Origin: Octopus vulgaris
Lineage: Eukaryota
NCBI GenBank assembly: GCA_951406725.2
Contig: OX597837.1
Coordinates: forward strand, 34,348,001 to 34,412,000
DNA: 64,000 bases
Reading direction: 5' to 3'
The notes beneath the pieces were generated by a model that was not told the origin of the DNA, did no database searches, and saw only the letters and a list, made by a program, of their open reading frames with translations. Position numbers and translations under genes: made by a program. The first letter of the stretch is position 1, and the number at the start of each line of letters is the position of its first letter. Shown piece by piece: positions 41,810 through 56,100 of the stretch.

Positions 41810-44141
41810 CACCCCCTTTGCCAGTGCCCCCCTGACTGGCCTTGTGCCGGTGGCACGTAAAAAGCACCATCCGTTCGTGGCCATTGCCAGCCTCGCCTGG
41901 CCCCCATGCCGGTGGCACGTAAAAAGCACCATCCGTTCGTGGCCATTGCCAGCCTCGCCTGGCCCCCATGCCGGTGGCACATAAAAAGCAGCATCCGATC
42001 GTGGCTGTTTGCCAGACTCGTCTGGCACGTAAAAAGCACCCACTACACTCACGGAGTGGTTGGCATTAGGAAGGGCATCCAGCCGTAGAAACACTGCCAG
42101 ACCAGACTGGGCCTGGTGCAGCCTTCTGGCTTCCCAGACCCCAGTTGAACCGTCCAACCCATGCTAGCATGGAAAGCAGACGCTATACAATGATGATGAT
42201 GATGATATATATATATATACAGATAGAGAGAGAGAGAGAGGGGAGTTGAGCTGGAAGCCAGGAGGAAATGATGAGCAGTGATTTGGCCACATTTGCTGAT
42301 CCATCAATGGGAGAGAATTATGGTTCAGGGTTGAAACACCCGATGAATGTTGGATACCGTCTGACATCAGTTCCTTCTGGCCAAAGTTCCATTCACTTTA
42401 ACAAGTGTTAAAGAAGCACCTTCTTTATAACAAATCCACTCCCTTTCTACAATTGAAAACCCCCTTCCCCACCATTTCTAAAGGAATTCTATGTAATATG
42501 AGGCCAGAAGGAAGGAAGGAAGTTCCAGTTGCTAATTTAACGAGTGGGTGGCTACTAAACACAACAACATCCTACTATAATTAAATACAATAAGTCATTC
42601 ATAGAAAAACCACAGTTTGTGGGGGCCTTCTGAATGACATGCTTAACAAAATACCAATTTCAAATTTTCGCACAGGGCCAGCAATGTTTCGGGATGAGAA
42701 GTCAATTACAACAGCCACAGTACACAACTGGTACTTATTTAACTGATCTGAAAAGGATGAAAGGCAAAGCTGACCTCAACAGAATTTGAACTCAGAATGT
42801 AAAGACGGACAAAATGTTGCCTAGCATTTTGCCTGGCATTCTAATGATTCTGCCAGCTCACTGCCTTCAAGTTGGTGAATATTGGTTTCAAATTTTGGCA
42901 CAAGGCCAGCAATTTTAGAGGAGGGGGTAAGTCAATTACATCGACCCTCCCCCTGCCCTCAGCATTCAACTGGTACCTATTTTATTGACCCCTGAAAGGA
43001 TGAAAGGCAAAGCCACCCTTGGCCCCCAGCATTCAACTGGTACTTATTTTATTGACCCCTGAAAGGATGAAAGGCAAAGCCACCTTTGGCACGATTTGAA
43101 CTCAGAACATCTAAAGACAGATGAGATGCTGCTAAGCATTTTACCTGGCATGCTAATGGTTCTGCTTTTTGCTTAACGAAATATTAACTCCAAATTTTTG
43201 TGTTATTCCTCAAACCCATTTCAAGAGAGGAGGAAGAGAAATACTGGTTTAAAATTTTGGCCACAGGTTTCGGGGAGGGTCTAAGTTGATTACATCAACC
43301 TATTTCTTTACTACCCACAAGGGGCTAAACACAGAGAAGACAAACAAGGACAGACAAAGGATTAAGTCGATTACATTGACCCCAGTGCGTAACTGGTACT
43401 TAATTTATCGACCCCGAAAGGAAAACGGTACCAGTTGGACACTGGGGTTGATTACATCAACCCCAGTGTCCAACTGGTACCGTATTTTGTCAACCCTGAC
43501 AGGGTGAAAGACAAAGTGGATCTTGGTTGAATTTGAACTCAGAACATAAAGACAAATGATATGCTGCTAAGCATTTTGCCTGGCAGAACTTTGCCCCGAA
43601 AGTTCTGCCAGCTCAATGCCTTGAGGAGAAGAAATATTAAGACTTACTTCAAGAGATTCCATTTTCTTTCCTGTCAACAACTTCTTAACAGTAATTACCA
43701 ACTGGTTGAAAAGCACACGGTAAAACATGGAGAAAGACGAGCTGCAAGGAATGGGAAACAACAATATGATATTTGGTACATGTATCATCATCATCGTTTA
43801 ACGTCCGCCTTCCATGCTGGCACAGGTGGGACAGTTTGACAGGTGCTGGCCAGGTAGAAGCCTGCACCGCACCACGCAATATCATCTTCACCATCGCCAT
43901 AATATTCCTCATCATCTATTATAGCTTAGCCTTGGGCTGACCAAAGCCTTGTGAGCGAGATTGGTGGATGGAAACTGAAAGAAGCCCATCATAGGAGTGG
44001 CTGTGTGGTAAGTAGCTTGCTTACGAACCACATGGTTCCGGGTTCAGTCCCACTGCGTGGCACCTTGGGCAAGTGTCTTCTACTATAGCCTCGGGCTGAC
44101 CAAAGCCTTGTCAGTAGATGGAAACTGAAAGAAGCCCATCG

Positions 44142-44174
<33 letters not shown>

Positions 44175-47100
44175 ATATGTTTGTGTGTCTGTGTTTGTCC
44201 CCCCAACATCACTTGACAACCAGTGCTAGTGTGTTTACATCCTCGTAACTTAGCAGTTCGTAAAAAAGAGACCAATAGAAAAAGTATTAGGCTTACAAAG
44301 AATAAGTCCTGGGGTTGATTTGCATGACTAAAAGGGGATGCTCCAGCATGGCCACAGCCAAATGACTGAAACAAGTAACAGCGTATATATGTATGTGTGT
44401 GTATGTAAATATATATTTTATTTAACTAGTATAAGAAATGAGGTGACAGTGACTTCGAAGCTTTGACCTTCTAGCCTTCATCAGACTGTCTGAATGTGGT
44501 GGGGGTGGTGGTCATGGGGCCAGAGTGGGTCTCCTTGTCTTGACATCTCATGATAGATGTAAACAAGCAATGTTTGTTTCTAGTTTCCTGTGAAAAACAT
44601 GTCTAGCCTTGTGGAAACATTACCCTATTTGAATGCAGTTGAAGGTTGGTGCCAGGAAGAACATCCAGCAACACAAAGTCTACCAGAACAGATTCTGCCT
44701 GAAAGGAAAGTGGATGTCAAAATGATGCTGATACACACAACAGACAAAAACTGTGCCAGTGCCACACTATGGACACTCATGCTGGTGCCATGTATAAAGC
44801 ACCCAGTACACTCTGTAAAGTGGTTGGCATTAGGAAGAGTATCCAGCCATAGAAACCATGCCAAAACAGACAAATGGGGCCTGGGGTGGTTCTCTGGCTT
44901 GCCAGCTCCTGTCAGACTATCCAACCTATGCCATCATGGAAAATGGATTCTAAATGATTATGATGATGATGATACAGCTATTGGTGAATGAACAGAGACA
45001 ATATAGGGTAGAGAGGACTCTTTTGCTTTGCTGGGGCCAAGACGGCCTCTCTAATGTTGGTGCCATGATAAAATGCAGCCAATACATTCTGTAAAGTGGT
45101 TGTCATGAAGAAGGGCACCCAGACATAGAAATGAACCCAAAGATGAAATCCATGAGTGAGATGTGGGTCTCTAACTCATCTAAAAGAGCAGTAACTTCCC
45201 CAAAAATACTGAGATGGGCAGTGATGACCTGTTCAAGGGGCTAATGCAGTTTGTCACCTCTCCTTGAAAAATGCAGTTTTTTGAAAAAGTTTTTCTGGAT
45301 TTTAGGTTATGAATAAGCCCCAAATTTTTTTTGCCCCACACCCACCAATTAAAAAAATATTTTTTTTTACATATTCATAATTTAAAATGCAGGAATCCGG
45401 AAAAATTGAAAAAAAAAACTGCATTAGTGTTCTGTTCAACCAATCCATACCACAACATAGAAAGAGGATGTAAAATGATGATGATGATGATGATGAGCAG
45501 CAATTAAGCTTTTGTTTATTTAATGTAGGAAACATCGAAGAAAAACAATAACAAGACAATTAGGCAGAGTGGGAAATCCACTTGGCCCAGTGACTAATAA
45601 ATTTCATTATTTGAGCAATAAAATGTGGGGGGGGGGGGTGAGAGAGAAAAAAGAGAGAATGAATTTTTTAAACAGTGATGCTTTGATGACATTCCTTAGA
45701 AACAAATTAATTTTGTAGTTTTTGAAGGCAAATGAGATAAAATATGTGTTAACGACAGGAAGCATATTTATGCCAGAAGAATAAGTATTTGTCTCACCCA
45801 TGCAAGACACACTCATTCATATGTGCACACTGACAATGTTCGTCCAACAGAGCATGCTGGTTTCATTTCTTTCACTGCCATGTAGCATAGCTGTTTGTAT
45901 ACAGGCCATCATAACAACGCTACATGGCAGTGAAACATGGGCTTAACTGCAGAGGACATGCAAAGGCTTAATGTCTGGAAATAAAAGAGTTGACATCCAA
46001 TAATACCGGAGTTGACATCTGGTAACGACAGAGTTGACATCGAGTAATGACGGAGTTGACATTTAAAAATGATATGGTTGACCTCTGTTAATGGAAAGAC
46101 AGGTGTAAAACAAATGAAATTACAGGAGATAATGCCGGTCATGTTTATGAGGTTTAGTGGTTGGGGTGTTGGACTTACAAGTGTAAGATTGTGGTTTTAA
46201 TTCCTGGACGGGGCAACGCATTGCGTTCTTGAGCAAAACACTTCATCTCACGTTGCTCCACCCACTCAGCTGGCAAAAGTGAGTGACCCTGTGAAGGACT
46301 GGCGTCCCATCCAGGTGAGGAATTTATATGCAATGGAAACCAGGAAACTGAACCTTATGAGTCAGTATGACTCAAGAAGACAACTTTACTTTTTACCTTC
46401 TGATAGGACTCCATGGAAGAAAGGCCCGAGGACTCTACCCCTCCCCCCTCCAGGAATAGTAGATGGGCATGTTTTGGTTTTATTATGACCTCATCAGCAA
46501 AGCAGAGACTTTACCCTATTGGCTGAAGTAAGTGTATGTTAGCCGGCAAAGGAAACCAGGATAGTTTAGGGGATTTAATACTCGGAGTTTGTAAGGGTCC
46601 AGTCAGTGTTTCAACCAGGAGAGCCAAAGAAAGGACTGCAAATATTTGATAGGTTCTGTTTTAACAAGAAAATACATACACACACACAAAATCCCTTCCA
46701 GTCCCTTTGAATTTCAAATTACAATCACAAGCTTGGTACTTTAACCATTTAGCCATGCGCCCCTTTCATTCATTCATTCTTACATACATGGCGATGTGCT
46801 GTGCTTGAGAGGACCGGACAAGCCAAGTGAAATCATAGTCGCGGTAACTGGCACCCATGCTGGTGGCATGTGAAGAATGCCTTTTGTGCATCGGGCCTCA
46901 CAGAGGCGAAGTGGCTGAGTTCCTTTTGAGTGTTGGGCCTCACGGAGGCAATGACTGAGAGACCTTTGGCATTAGAAGAAAAACCATTAAGCTGAGCAAA
47001 ATCACAGTTGTGGCAGATACTGGTGTCACGCAAATGGCACATGTGCCGGTGGGATGTAAAAGCACTCATATCATTCTCAGAATGGTTGGCTTTAGGAAGG

Positions 47101-50100
47101 GCATCCAGCTGTAGAAAACCATGCCAAATCGGACTGGAATCTGGCGCAGCCTTCCAGCTTACCAGCCCTGGTCAAACCATCCAACCCATACCAGCATGGA
47201 CAACAGAGATTTGGTGATGATGATGATGATGATACATGCATGCATGGCACTCGGCTGGTCACGACAACGAAGGTTCCAGTTGATTGATTCAATGGAACAG
47301 CCTGCTTGTGAAATTAACGTGCAAGTGGCTGAGTACTCCACAGACATGTGTACCCTTAATGCAGTTCTCAGGGAGATTCAGCATGACATAGAGTTTGACA
47401 AGGCTGGCCCCTTTGAATTACAGGTACACCTCAACTTTACCAGCTGAGTGAACTGGAGCAATAAGGTGAAATAAAGTAACTTGTTCAAGGACACAATTCC
47501 TGTTGCCAGGAATTGAACTCCTGGCCTTACGACTGTGAGTCGAATACCCGAACCATTAAGCCATGCAGCTTTGCTAACATGGGTAGAGATAGAAGCATGA
47601 ATATATAATGAATATCAGCCATGCGATTATGGCTGGGTGGTTGGCACCCCAGTCTACTGAGCTGTTTGTATACAGGCCATCATAGGTACGCTACATGGCA
47701 GTGAAACATGGGCTTAACTGCAGAGGACATGCAAAGGCTTAATATCTGGAAATAAAAGAGTTGACATCGAATAATACCGGAGTTGACATCTGGTAACGAC
47801 AGAGTTGACATCGGATAATGACGGAGTTGACATTTAAAAATGATATGGTTGACCTCTGTTAATAATGGGAACGGCAGCTGGAAATGGTACAGTTGATATC
47901 TGGAAACGCAGTACCATATTTGATGGAATAAAAGACATGCAGCTATATTAGATGCACCTGAATTTCAGAAGCACAAATTTATGGAAAAAGTTTTTAGTGC
48001 CTTACGGCTGGCATTTAAACCAGTCATATCTGGCCAAAATATTTTACCTGCTTGATATTCAAATTGGCCCGATCTGACCCCTCACACATACCCTACAATG
48101 TCATTCTAAAAATAAATTAATCACCATCATCATCATCATCATTTAATGTCTGTCTTCCATGCCGGCATGGGTGGAATAGTTTGACAAGAGCCGGCCAGGC
48201 AGAATCCTGCACCAGACTTCTGTGATTGTATTCGCAGGATTTTTACAGCTGGATGCCCTTTCTAACACCAACCACTCAGCAGAGTGGACTTAATGCTTTT
48301 TACGTGGCACAAGCATAGGCAAGGTCAGTTTTGACAAGGTTTTTACAGCTGGGTGCCCTTCCTAACACCAACCGCTCAGCATTGTGGACTCGCATCATCA
48401 AAATCTCGAAGCCATGAGATAATGGATGATTAATTCAGAACAATGTGGAATAACTAAAGATTACATTTGACAGAGTAAAACCTGAATGCTAAAGGGTTAA
48501 AGCTTAGTGGAGGGCCAACGTTGTGGGCCTGGGGTGGATTTTTGAGACTGGTTTTCTAAAAAAAAAAAAAAAAAAAAAAAAACCCCAAAAACCCTCCTAA
48601 AAAAACAAAAACAAAACAGTGTGTCTCATATGTCTGGAAATACAATTATGACTAGAAAAACAAAAAAACAAAACAAGACATGGTACTTACGTTGTGAGTG
48701 AGGGGTACATTTCTGATGTGTTGTCATCAGCGTTGAGCAGTTGAGGAATGGCATCGCTACACAGTTTCTCAATGGCATCCAAAGGACTTGGAGAGTAGGA
48801 GAGGTAGCATCTGTAATAGGGGAATGGGAAGGTTGCAGTAAGAGAGAGGGAGAGAGAGAGAATGTAATATATCTTTTACTTGTTTCAGTGTATACACATA
48901 CACACGCACACACATATATACACAAGGGTTGGACAAAATAATGGAAACACCTAGCATCATAATTTTGAAAAATCTAAAAAACCGTCAAAAAATAGCTAGT
49001 TTATTTTCATGTTTTTTGAGTTCTTATTAGTGTTGCTTAATATGTTTTGCTAAAATTGCTGTTTCTTTTTAGATATCATCAGAAAAAGGTAATTAAAATT
49101 CATTAAAATGACAGATCTATCAGACTTTCAAAGAGGTCAAATTGTTGGTGCTCGTATGGCAGGTGCTAGCATAACGAAAACAGCCAAAATGTTTGAAGTA
49201 CTGTCTCAAAAGTAATGACAACCTTTGAGAAAAAGGGAAAAACACTCCTTGTCGAAACAAAATTCTGGAAGAAAACCAAAACTTTCATAGGGACTGTGGG
49301 ATTCTTACGTGAATTGTTCAAAAGGATCACAAAAGTACAGCTCCCAAAATTACTGCAGAGCTTAACAACCACCTCAAGAACCCAGTTTCCACAGAAACTG
49401 TTTGCTGGGAGGTGCACAAAGCCAGATTTCACAGTGGGGGAGGGCTGCAATCAGAAAACCACTACTTTCAAAAACAAACAGTGCAAAGCATTTAGAATTA
49501 AGTAAAAACCTACAGAATTGGTCCTTAGAGCAGTGGAAGAATTTATTTTCTTGGACGAGTCATCCCTCTCTCTCTCTCTTTCGGAGAGGCACTGAACAGC
49601 TATACGTACACATACACATACGGCAGCAACTTCTGCCTACCGAATTCAATCACAAAGCTTTGGTCGACTCAGGGCTATAGTGGAAGACACCTGTCCAAAG
49701 TGCCACGCAGTGGGACTGAACCCGAAACCATGTAGTTAGGAAGCAAGCTCCCTAACCACACAGCCATGCCCGCGCCTACAAAAATGTATGCATATATGCA
49801 CAGCGCTATGCGTGTGGCAAGTTTTCTACGGCCGGATGCCCTTCCTGACACCAACCCCCACTTGTTGCCAAGCGAACCACCGGCCGAGTATACATGTGGA
49901 GACAGCCAAAAGAAGCATTTGACCCAGACTGCCTTATTCCAACTGTTACACATGGAGGAGGATCTGTGATGATCCAGGGGTGGGGTGGTGGTGCTATATC
50001 TTGGAAATCCACTGGCCCAATGGTTTCCCTTTATGGCAGAATTAATAGTCAAGATTATTTAAGCATTTTATCTCACCAAATTCATCCTACGGTTGCGGAA

Positions 50101-53100
50101 CTGTTTCCGGAGAGAGATACAATCTTTCAAGATGATAATGCACCAATTCACACAGCTAAAGTTGTTACTGAATGGCAAGAGGAACATTCTAGTGAAGCTG
50201 AACATCTTATCTGGCCACCACAGTTCCCAGATCTTGGTATTATTGAACATTTATGGTGCATTTTAGAAAAACAAGTAAGGAGTCGATATCCTCCACCATC
50301 ACCACTACAAGAACTGGAGACTGTTTTTGCTGAAGAATGGACAAAAATTCCTTTGGAAACAATTCAAACTTTGTACAAGTCCATACCTCGTAGAATTCAA
50401 GCTGTAATTACTGCCAAAGGTGGTCCTACCCCATATTAAAATGAATTTATTTGAAATTTTAAGGTGTTTCCATTATTTTGTCCAACCCCTATATATACAA
50501 TGGGCTTTTTTCAGTTTCTGCCTACCAAATCCATTCAAAAGGCTTTGGTCGGCCTGAAGCTATGATAGAAAACACTTGCCTGAGGTGCCACACAATGGGA
50601 CTGAACCTGGAACCATGTAGTTGGGAAGCAAGCTTCTTACCACACAGCCACATGTCTTTCTTTGTCCTTCAGTCATACTTTAGCTTTCCAATCCCTAGCA
50701 TAAAACCACTTCCCTCAATACTACAACCCTACTTCACTCAGTTAAGGGGCCGTTTTGCAAATCATTTGCTAGTATTGGCAACAGTGTGGACACGCATGGC
50801 TTAGTGGTTACAGCAGCTGGCAGAAACGTTAGCGGTATTTTGTCTGCCGTTACGTTGTGAGTTCAAATTCCGCCGAGGTCGACTTTGCCTTTCATCCTTT
50901 CGGGATCGATAAATTAAGTACCAGTTACGCACTGGGGTCGATGTAATCGACTTAATACCTATGTCTGTCCTTGTTTGTCCCCTCTGTGTTTAGCCCCTTG
51001 TGGGTAATAAAGAAATAGGTTACAGCAGCAGACTCATGATAGTGGTTTCAATTCTTGGACTGGGCAACGCATTGTGTTCTTGAGCAAAACCATTTCATGT
51101 TGTTCCAGTCCTACGATGGACTGGCATCCCATCCAGTGGAAGAATAGATATGCCAGAGAAACCAGAAAAATGACCCTATGGTCCTTATGGAGAAATGTAG
51201 AATAACCATTTATGGTTGCGGTGGTAGTTTAATACAAAAGCTGGGTACGGACTTACTTTAGTATCTTCTGAACGTGTTTGTTAAATGTAGCTCCTTTTTC
51301 TCGTGCACCAGTGGGAGTGAGCCAGGCTCTGTGGAGGAAGGATTCAGCCAGTTCCGCTGGACGAAGAAGATTATTCAGGAGGTGAACATAAAGGAAAAGA
51401 AAAAGAGAGAAGAATAGTGGAAGAAAATGTTGATGAGAGAGCAAAATGGTTGGTCTGGGGCTTAAAGAAGATATCTGCCACGTAATGGGATTGAACCCAA
51501 AACCACACGGTTGGGAAGCAAGCTTCCTAACCACACAGCTATGCATATGTAAAAAAAAAAAAAATGAAGAATCTTCATGAAATATTGTTCACCTTTTACT
51601 TGTCTTAGTCATTGGACTGTGGCCATGCTGGGGCACCGCCTTGAAGAATTGACCCCAGTACTTTTTTTTTAACCTGGTACTTATTTTACCAGTCACTTTT
51701 GCTGAACCGCTCAGTTATGGGGATGTAAACCCACCAACACCGGTTGTCAAGCGGTGGGTGAGGAAAAAAACACAGACAAACAAACACACATGTACAGAGG
51801 GCTTCTTTCGGTTTCTATCTATCGAATCAACTCACAAAGGTTTTGGTTGGCCTGAGGCTATAGAAGAAAGACACTTGTCCAAGGTGCCATTCAGTAGGAC
51901 TGAACCAGGAACTATGTGGTTGGGAATCAAGCTTCTTACCACACAGCCACATCTATAGTAAATATGTAAATACATAATTTGAACAATGTCTCTCAGAGTG
52001 GATACAGTCAGAGGTTCAATACCTACCAGGATCATCATCATCATTATTATCCTTCTGCAATGTCTGTTTTCCGTGCTGGCATCATCTTTGGCCATTCTTA
52101 CCATCCAACGGGTCTTTAACTCAGACAGTTACAAACTCTGATTTATGGCTAAGTCTACTTTAAGACACACTGTTTACTGTGGAAAAGTGTGGGGAGGAAG
52201 AGGAGGAAAAGAGAAAAAGAAGAGTAGGAAGAGGAGACAGAAGTGGAAGGGGAAGAGGAAGAAGGTAAAAAAGAGGGAGAGGAGGAAGAAGTGGAAGGGG
52301 AGGAAGAATAGGAAGAAAAGGAAGGGGAGGAAGAGGAAGAAAAAGAAGAGAAGGCAGAAGTGGAAGGGGAGGAATAAGGCAGAAGTGGAAGAGGAAGAAG
52401 ACAAAAAAAGAGGGAGAAGAGGAGGAAGAAGTGGAGGGGGAGGAAGAAGGCAGAAGTGGAAGAGGAAGAAGACAAAAAAAGAGGGAGAAGAGGAGGAAGA
52501 AGTGGAAGGGGAAGAAGAGAAGGCAGAGGGAGAAGAGGAGGAAGAAGTGCTTGGCTTACCAGGTTTATGGCAGTATTCAGGGGCCCCTTTCTCAACCAGG
52601 GTAATCAGAATTTCAACCAACTTCACAGCAGTCTGCACATTAGGACTTGTATCAGAGAAGTTCTGGAGGTATTCAATAGCCAGCCTAAATGATGCGCATC
52701 CAGGGTCAGGTTCAGTGAAGTGGAACAAATGAAATATAAATAAACAAAATAAACAAAACAAAACAACAATAAAAAAATACTCGGGCTCTCAAATAAGTAA
52801 TGACCCTTTACAAAATTAATATGAGACCCGCAGTAAAGTACTGGTGGAGGCCCATGGCCTAGTGGTTAGAGCAGCGGACTCACAGTCGAGGGATCACGGG
52901 TTCGAATCCTAGACCAGGCGATGTGTGTGTTTATGAGTGAAACACTAAGGTCCATGTGGCTCCGGCAGGAGGTAATGGCAAACTTCTGCTGACTCTTTCC
53001 TCCTGCATCTTGTAGCTCACTTGCGGCGGACCAGCATCCCGTCCAGGTGGGGAACCTATATGCCAAGGAAACTGGCCTTAATGAGCCAGGGATGGCTCGA

Positions 53101-56100
53101 GAAGGAACAAACAATAAAGTACTGCCATCATATCTGAATGAGATATAAAACCAAGGCTGTGCAATTGTGATGGTTGGTGCGTGTTTGAGATGTGATTTGA
53201 GACATGTATTGTTTGAGCCTGGTGTTTGAGCCTGGTGTATTCTATTTGTTGGGAAAATCCGCTAGCGGTGAGTGCTTGATTATTGAAAATTTCCTCAGTG
53301 GAAGAGAGGTCAGATATGCGGGTTGAGATGTCCTCATTTGCTTAACCATTTTTCACACCGTCTCCGATAAAGGGATATAATAAATATCCTGGAAACAGCT
53401 GTAAGACCTTCTATTTATAAATGTTCTAAAATCTTCACTCCCTTGGTTTTTCATCTCATTCTGAAAAAAAAGGAGTGGCTGTGTGGTAAGTAGCTTGTTT
53501 ACCAACCACATGGTTCCAGGTTTAGTCCCACTGCGTGGCACCTTGGGCAAGTGTCTTCTACTATAGCCTCGGGCCGACCAAAGCCTTTTGAGTGGATTTG
53601 GTAGACGGAAACTGAATGAAGCCCGTCGTATATATGTATATATATATATATATATATGCGTGTGTATGTTTGTGTATCTGTGTTTGTTCCCCTAGCATTG
53701 CTTGACAACCGACGCTGGTGTGTTTAAGTCCCTGTTACTTAGCGGTTCGGCAAAAGAGACCGATAGAATAAGTACTGGGCTTACAAAGAATAAGTCCCGG
53801 GGTCGAGTTGCTCGATTAAAGGCGGTGCTGGAGCATGGCCACAGTCAAATGACTGAAATAAGTAAAAGTGTAAAGCGTATATATATTCAGGAATACATAT
53901 ACTCAGATATGCATGAGAGAGTGTGTGTGTGTGTATGTGTATGTGTGTGGTTATGTATTCCTCTATTTTTAAACAACAACAACAACAACAATAGTCTTTA
54001 TTACTCACTTGATGCTCTGTTGCTGTGGGAGACAGGTGGAATCTGAGGGGTTGATTCTGGTGGCAAGAATGGAGAGAGCAGAGTTGAATAGTTTTGTGTT
54101 CTTTGGACTGTCAATGTCTTTCCTGGAAAAGTTGAGATTAACAATTAGACATCATCATCATCATCACAACACTCCCACCCCCATCAAATGAATACAACAA
54201 CCTTTTCTATCATTTATTTCACAACCATCAACATCACACTCATCATCATCAACAACATAGGTTTTCAAAGTAGGCACTACTGCCCCCTGGTGAGCAGCAG
54301 TAGAGAAAAAGGCAGCATTGGGAGGAAGGCAACGGATTGGGGGATGCTATGAATTTATCGAACATGGTCGATGCCAGCGCCGCCTTGACTGGCTTCTGTG
54401 CTGGTGGCATGTAAACAGCCCCAAGTACACTCTCAGTGTGGTTGGCATTAGGAAGGGCATCCAGCTGTAGAAACACTACCAGACCAGACTGGAGCCAGGC
54501 GCAACCTCCTGGCTTCCCAGACCCCAGTCGAACGTCCAGCCCATGCCAGCATGGAAAATGGATGTTAAACGATGATGATGATGATGATGATTATAGTATT
54601 GTATACAAATTATATAATATTATATTAAATATCATAATATATATAAATTAGTAAATTTTTGACCCCAGTGTTTCACTGGTACTTATTTTATCGACCCCAA
54701 AAGGATGGAAGTCAGAGTCAGTCTCAGTGGAATCTGAACTCAGAATGTAAGGATGGATGAAATACTGCTAACGATTCTGCCAGGTTGCTGCCTTATAATA
54801 ATAATAATACTTTCTACTATTACCTACAGCAGACCCCAAAGTGCCACCCCTTTAAAAGTTCCACCCAAGGCAGACTGCCCCTGCCACCATGCGCACCCCG
54901 CCCAGCCAGGCTAGTAAAGAGGAGGAATTAGTCATTTATTTACCAAGAGAACAAGCTGTGAAAGACCTCAAGGAGGAGCTGGAAACAAGCCACAACGCAG
55001 GAGACTTCGTTGGTTTGCTGACAGAGGCTGTCCATGATTCCATCGTTACTGGCGATTAGGGCCTGAAATAGTAAGAGAGGAGAAGGTGGTGTTAGAATGG
55101 GGGAAGGAGATAACGGTAGAGAGGAGGAGGAGGGGGAGTGGTAGGGGTATAGGGGGAAGAGATCAGAGTGACCCGTGACAGGTTGATGTGCTAAAAATTG
55201 TTCCTGGGAGGGTAACTTTCTAGGTGCAAACCCATGGTCAGTCATGACTGAAGGAGGCCTCAGATCTGATTGTGGTCAATGATAGCCCCCTTTGGCCCCT
55301 GTGCCAGTGGCATGTAAAAAGCAGCCATGCTGGAGCACTGCCTTTAGTCGAGCAAATCGATCCCAGGATTTATTCATTGTAAGCCTAGTACTTATTCTAT
55401 CGGTCTCTTTTGCTGAACCGCTAAGTTACAGGGACGTAAACACATCACCATCGGTTGTCAAACGATGTTGAGGGACAAAGACACACAAACATATACACAC
55501 ACATACAATATATACGACAGGCTTCTTCCAGTTTCCATCTACCAAATCCACTCACAAGGCTTTGGTTAGCCCGAGGCTATAGTAGAAGACACTTGCCCAT
55601 GGTGCCACGCAGTGGGACTGAACCCAGAACCATGTGGTTGTTAAGCAAGCTACTTACCACACAGCCACTCCATGGCAGCAGTGAGAGACATATTCGTAAA
55701 ACAAGGAGTGCTTAGGGAATTATAATTTAAAACCATGGCAACATTGATACAGGACACGTAAAAGACACCTTCTATGCTCTTGAAGTGGTTGGTGCTAGGA
55801 ATGGCATTCAGCTGTAGAAACCATGCCAAAATCAGACTGGAGCCTGGTACAGCTTTCTGGCTTACAAGTTCCAGTCAAACCATCTAACCCATGCCAGCAT
55901 GAAAAACAGATGCTGAATGATATACACACACATATATATATATATATACATACATACATACATACACGTGTGTATCTGTGTGTTTTCCTTACCACTACTT
56001 GACAATTGGTGTAGATTTGTTTATGTCCCCTCAATTTAGTGATTTGGCAAAAGAGACTGATAGGGTACGTAGCAGTAATGGGGCCAACTTCTTTGACCCT

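Noticed and set aside
52852-52920. tRNA-like sequence GGCCCATGGCCTAGTGGTTAGAGCAGC...GGTTCGAATCC
   Set aside because: No acceptor stem closure and it continues into SINE body sequence; it is a SINE head.
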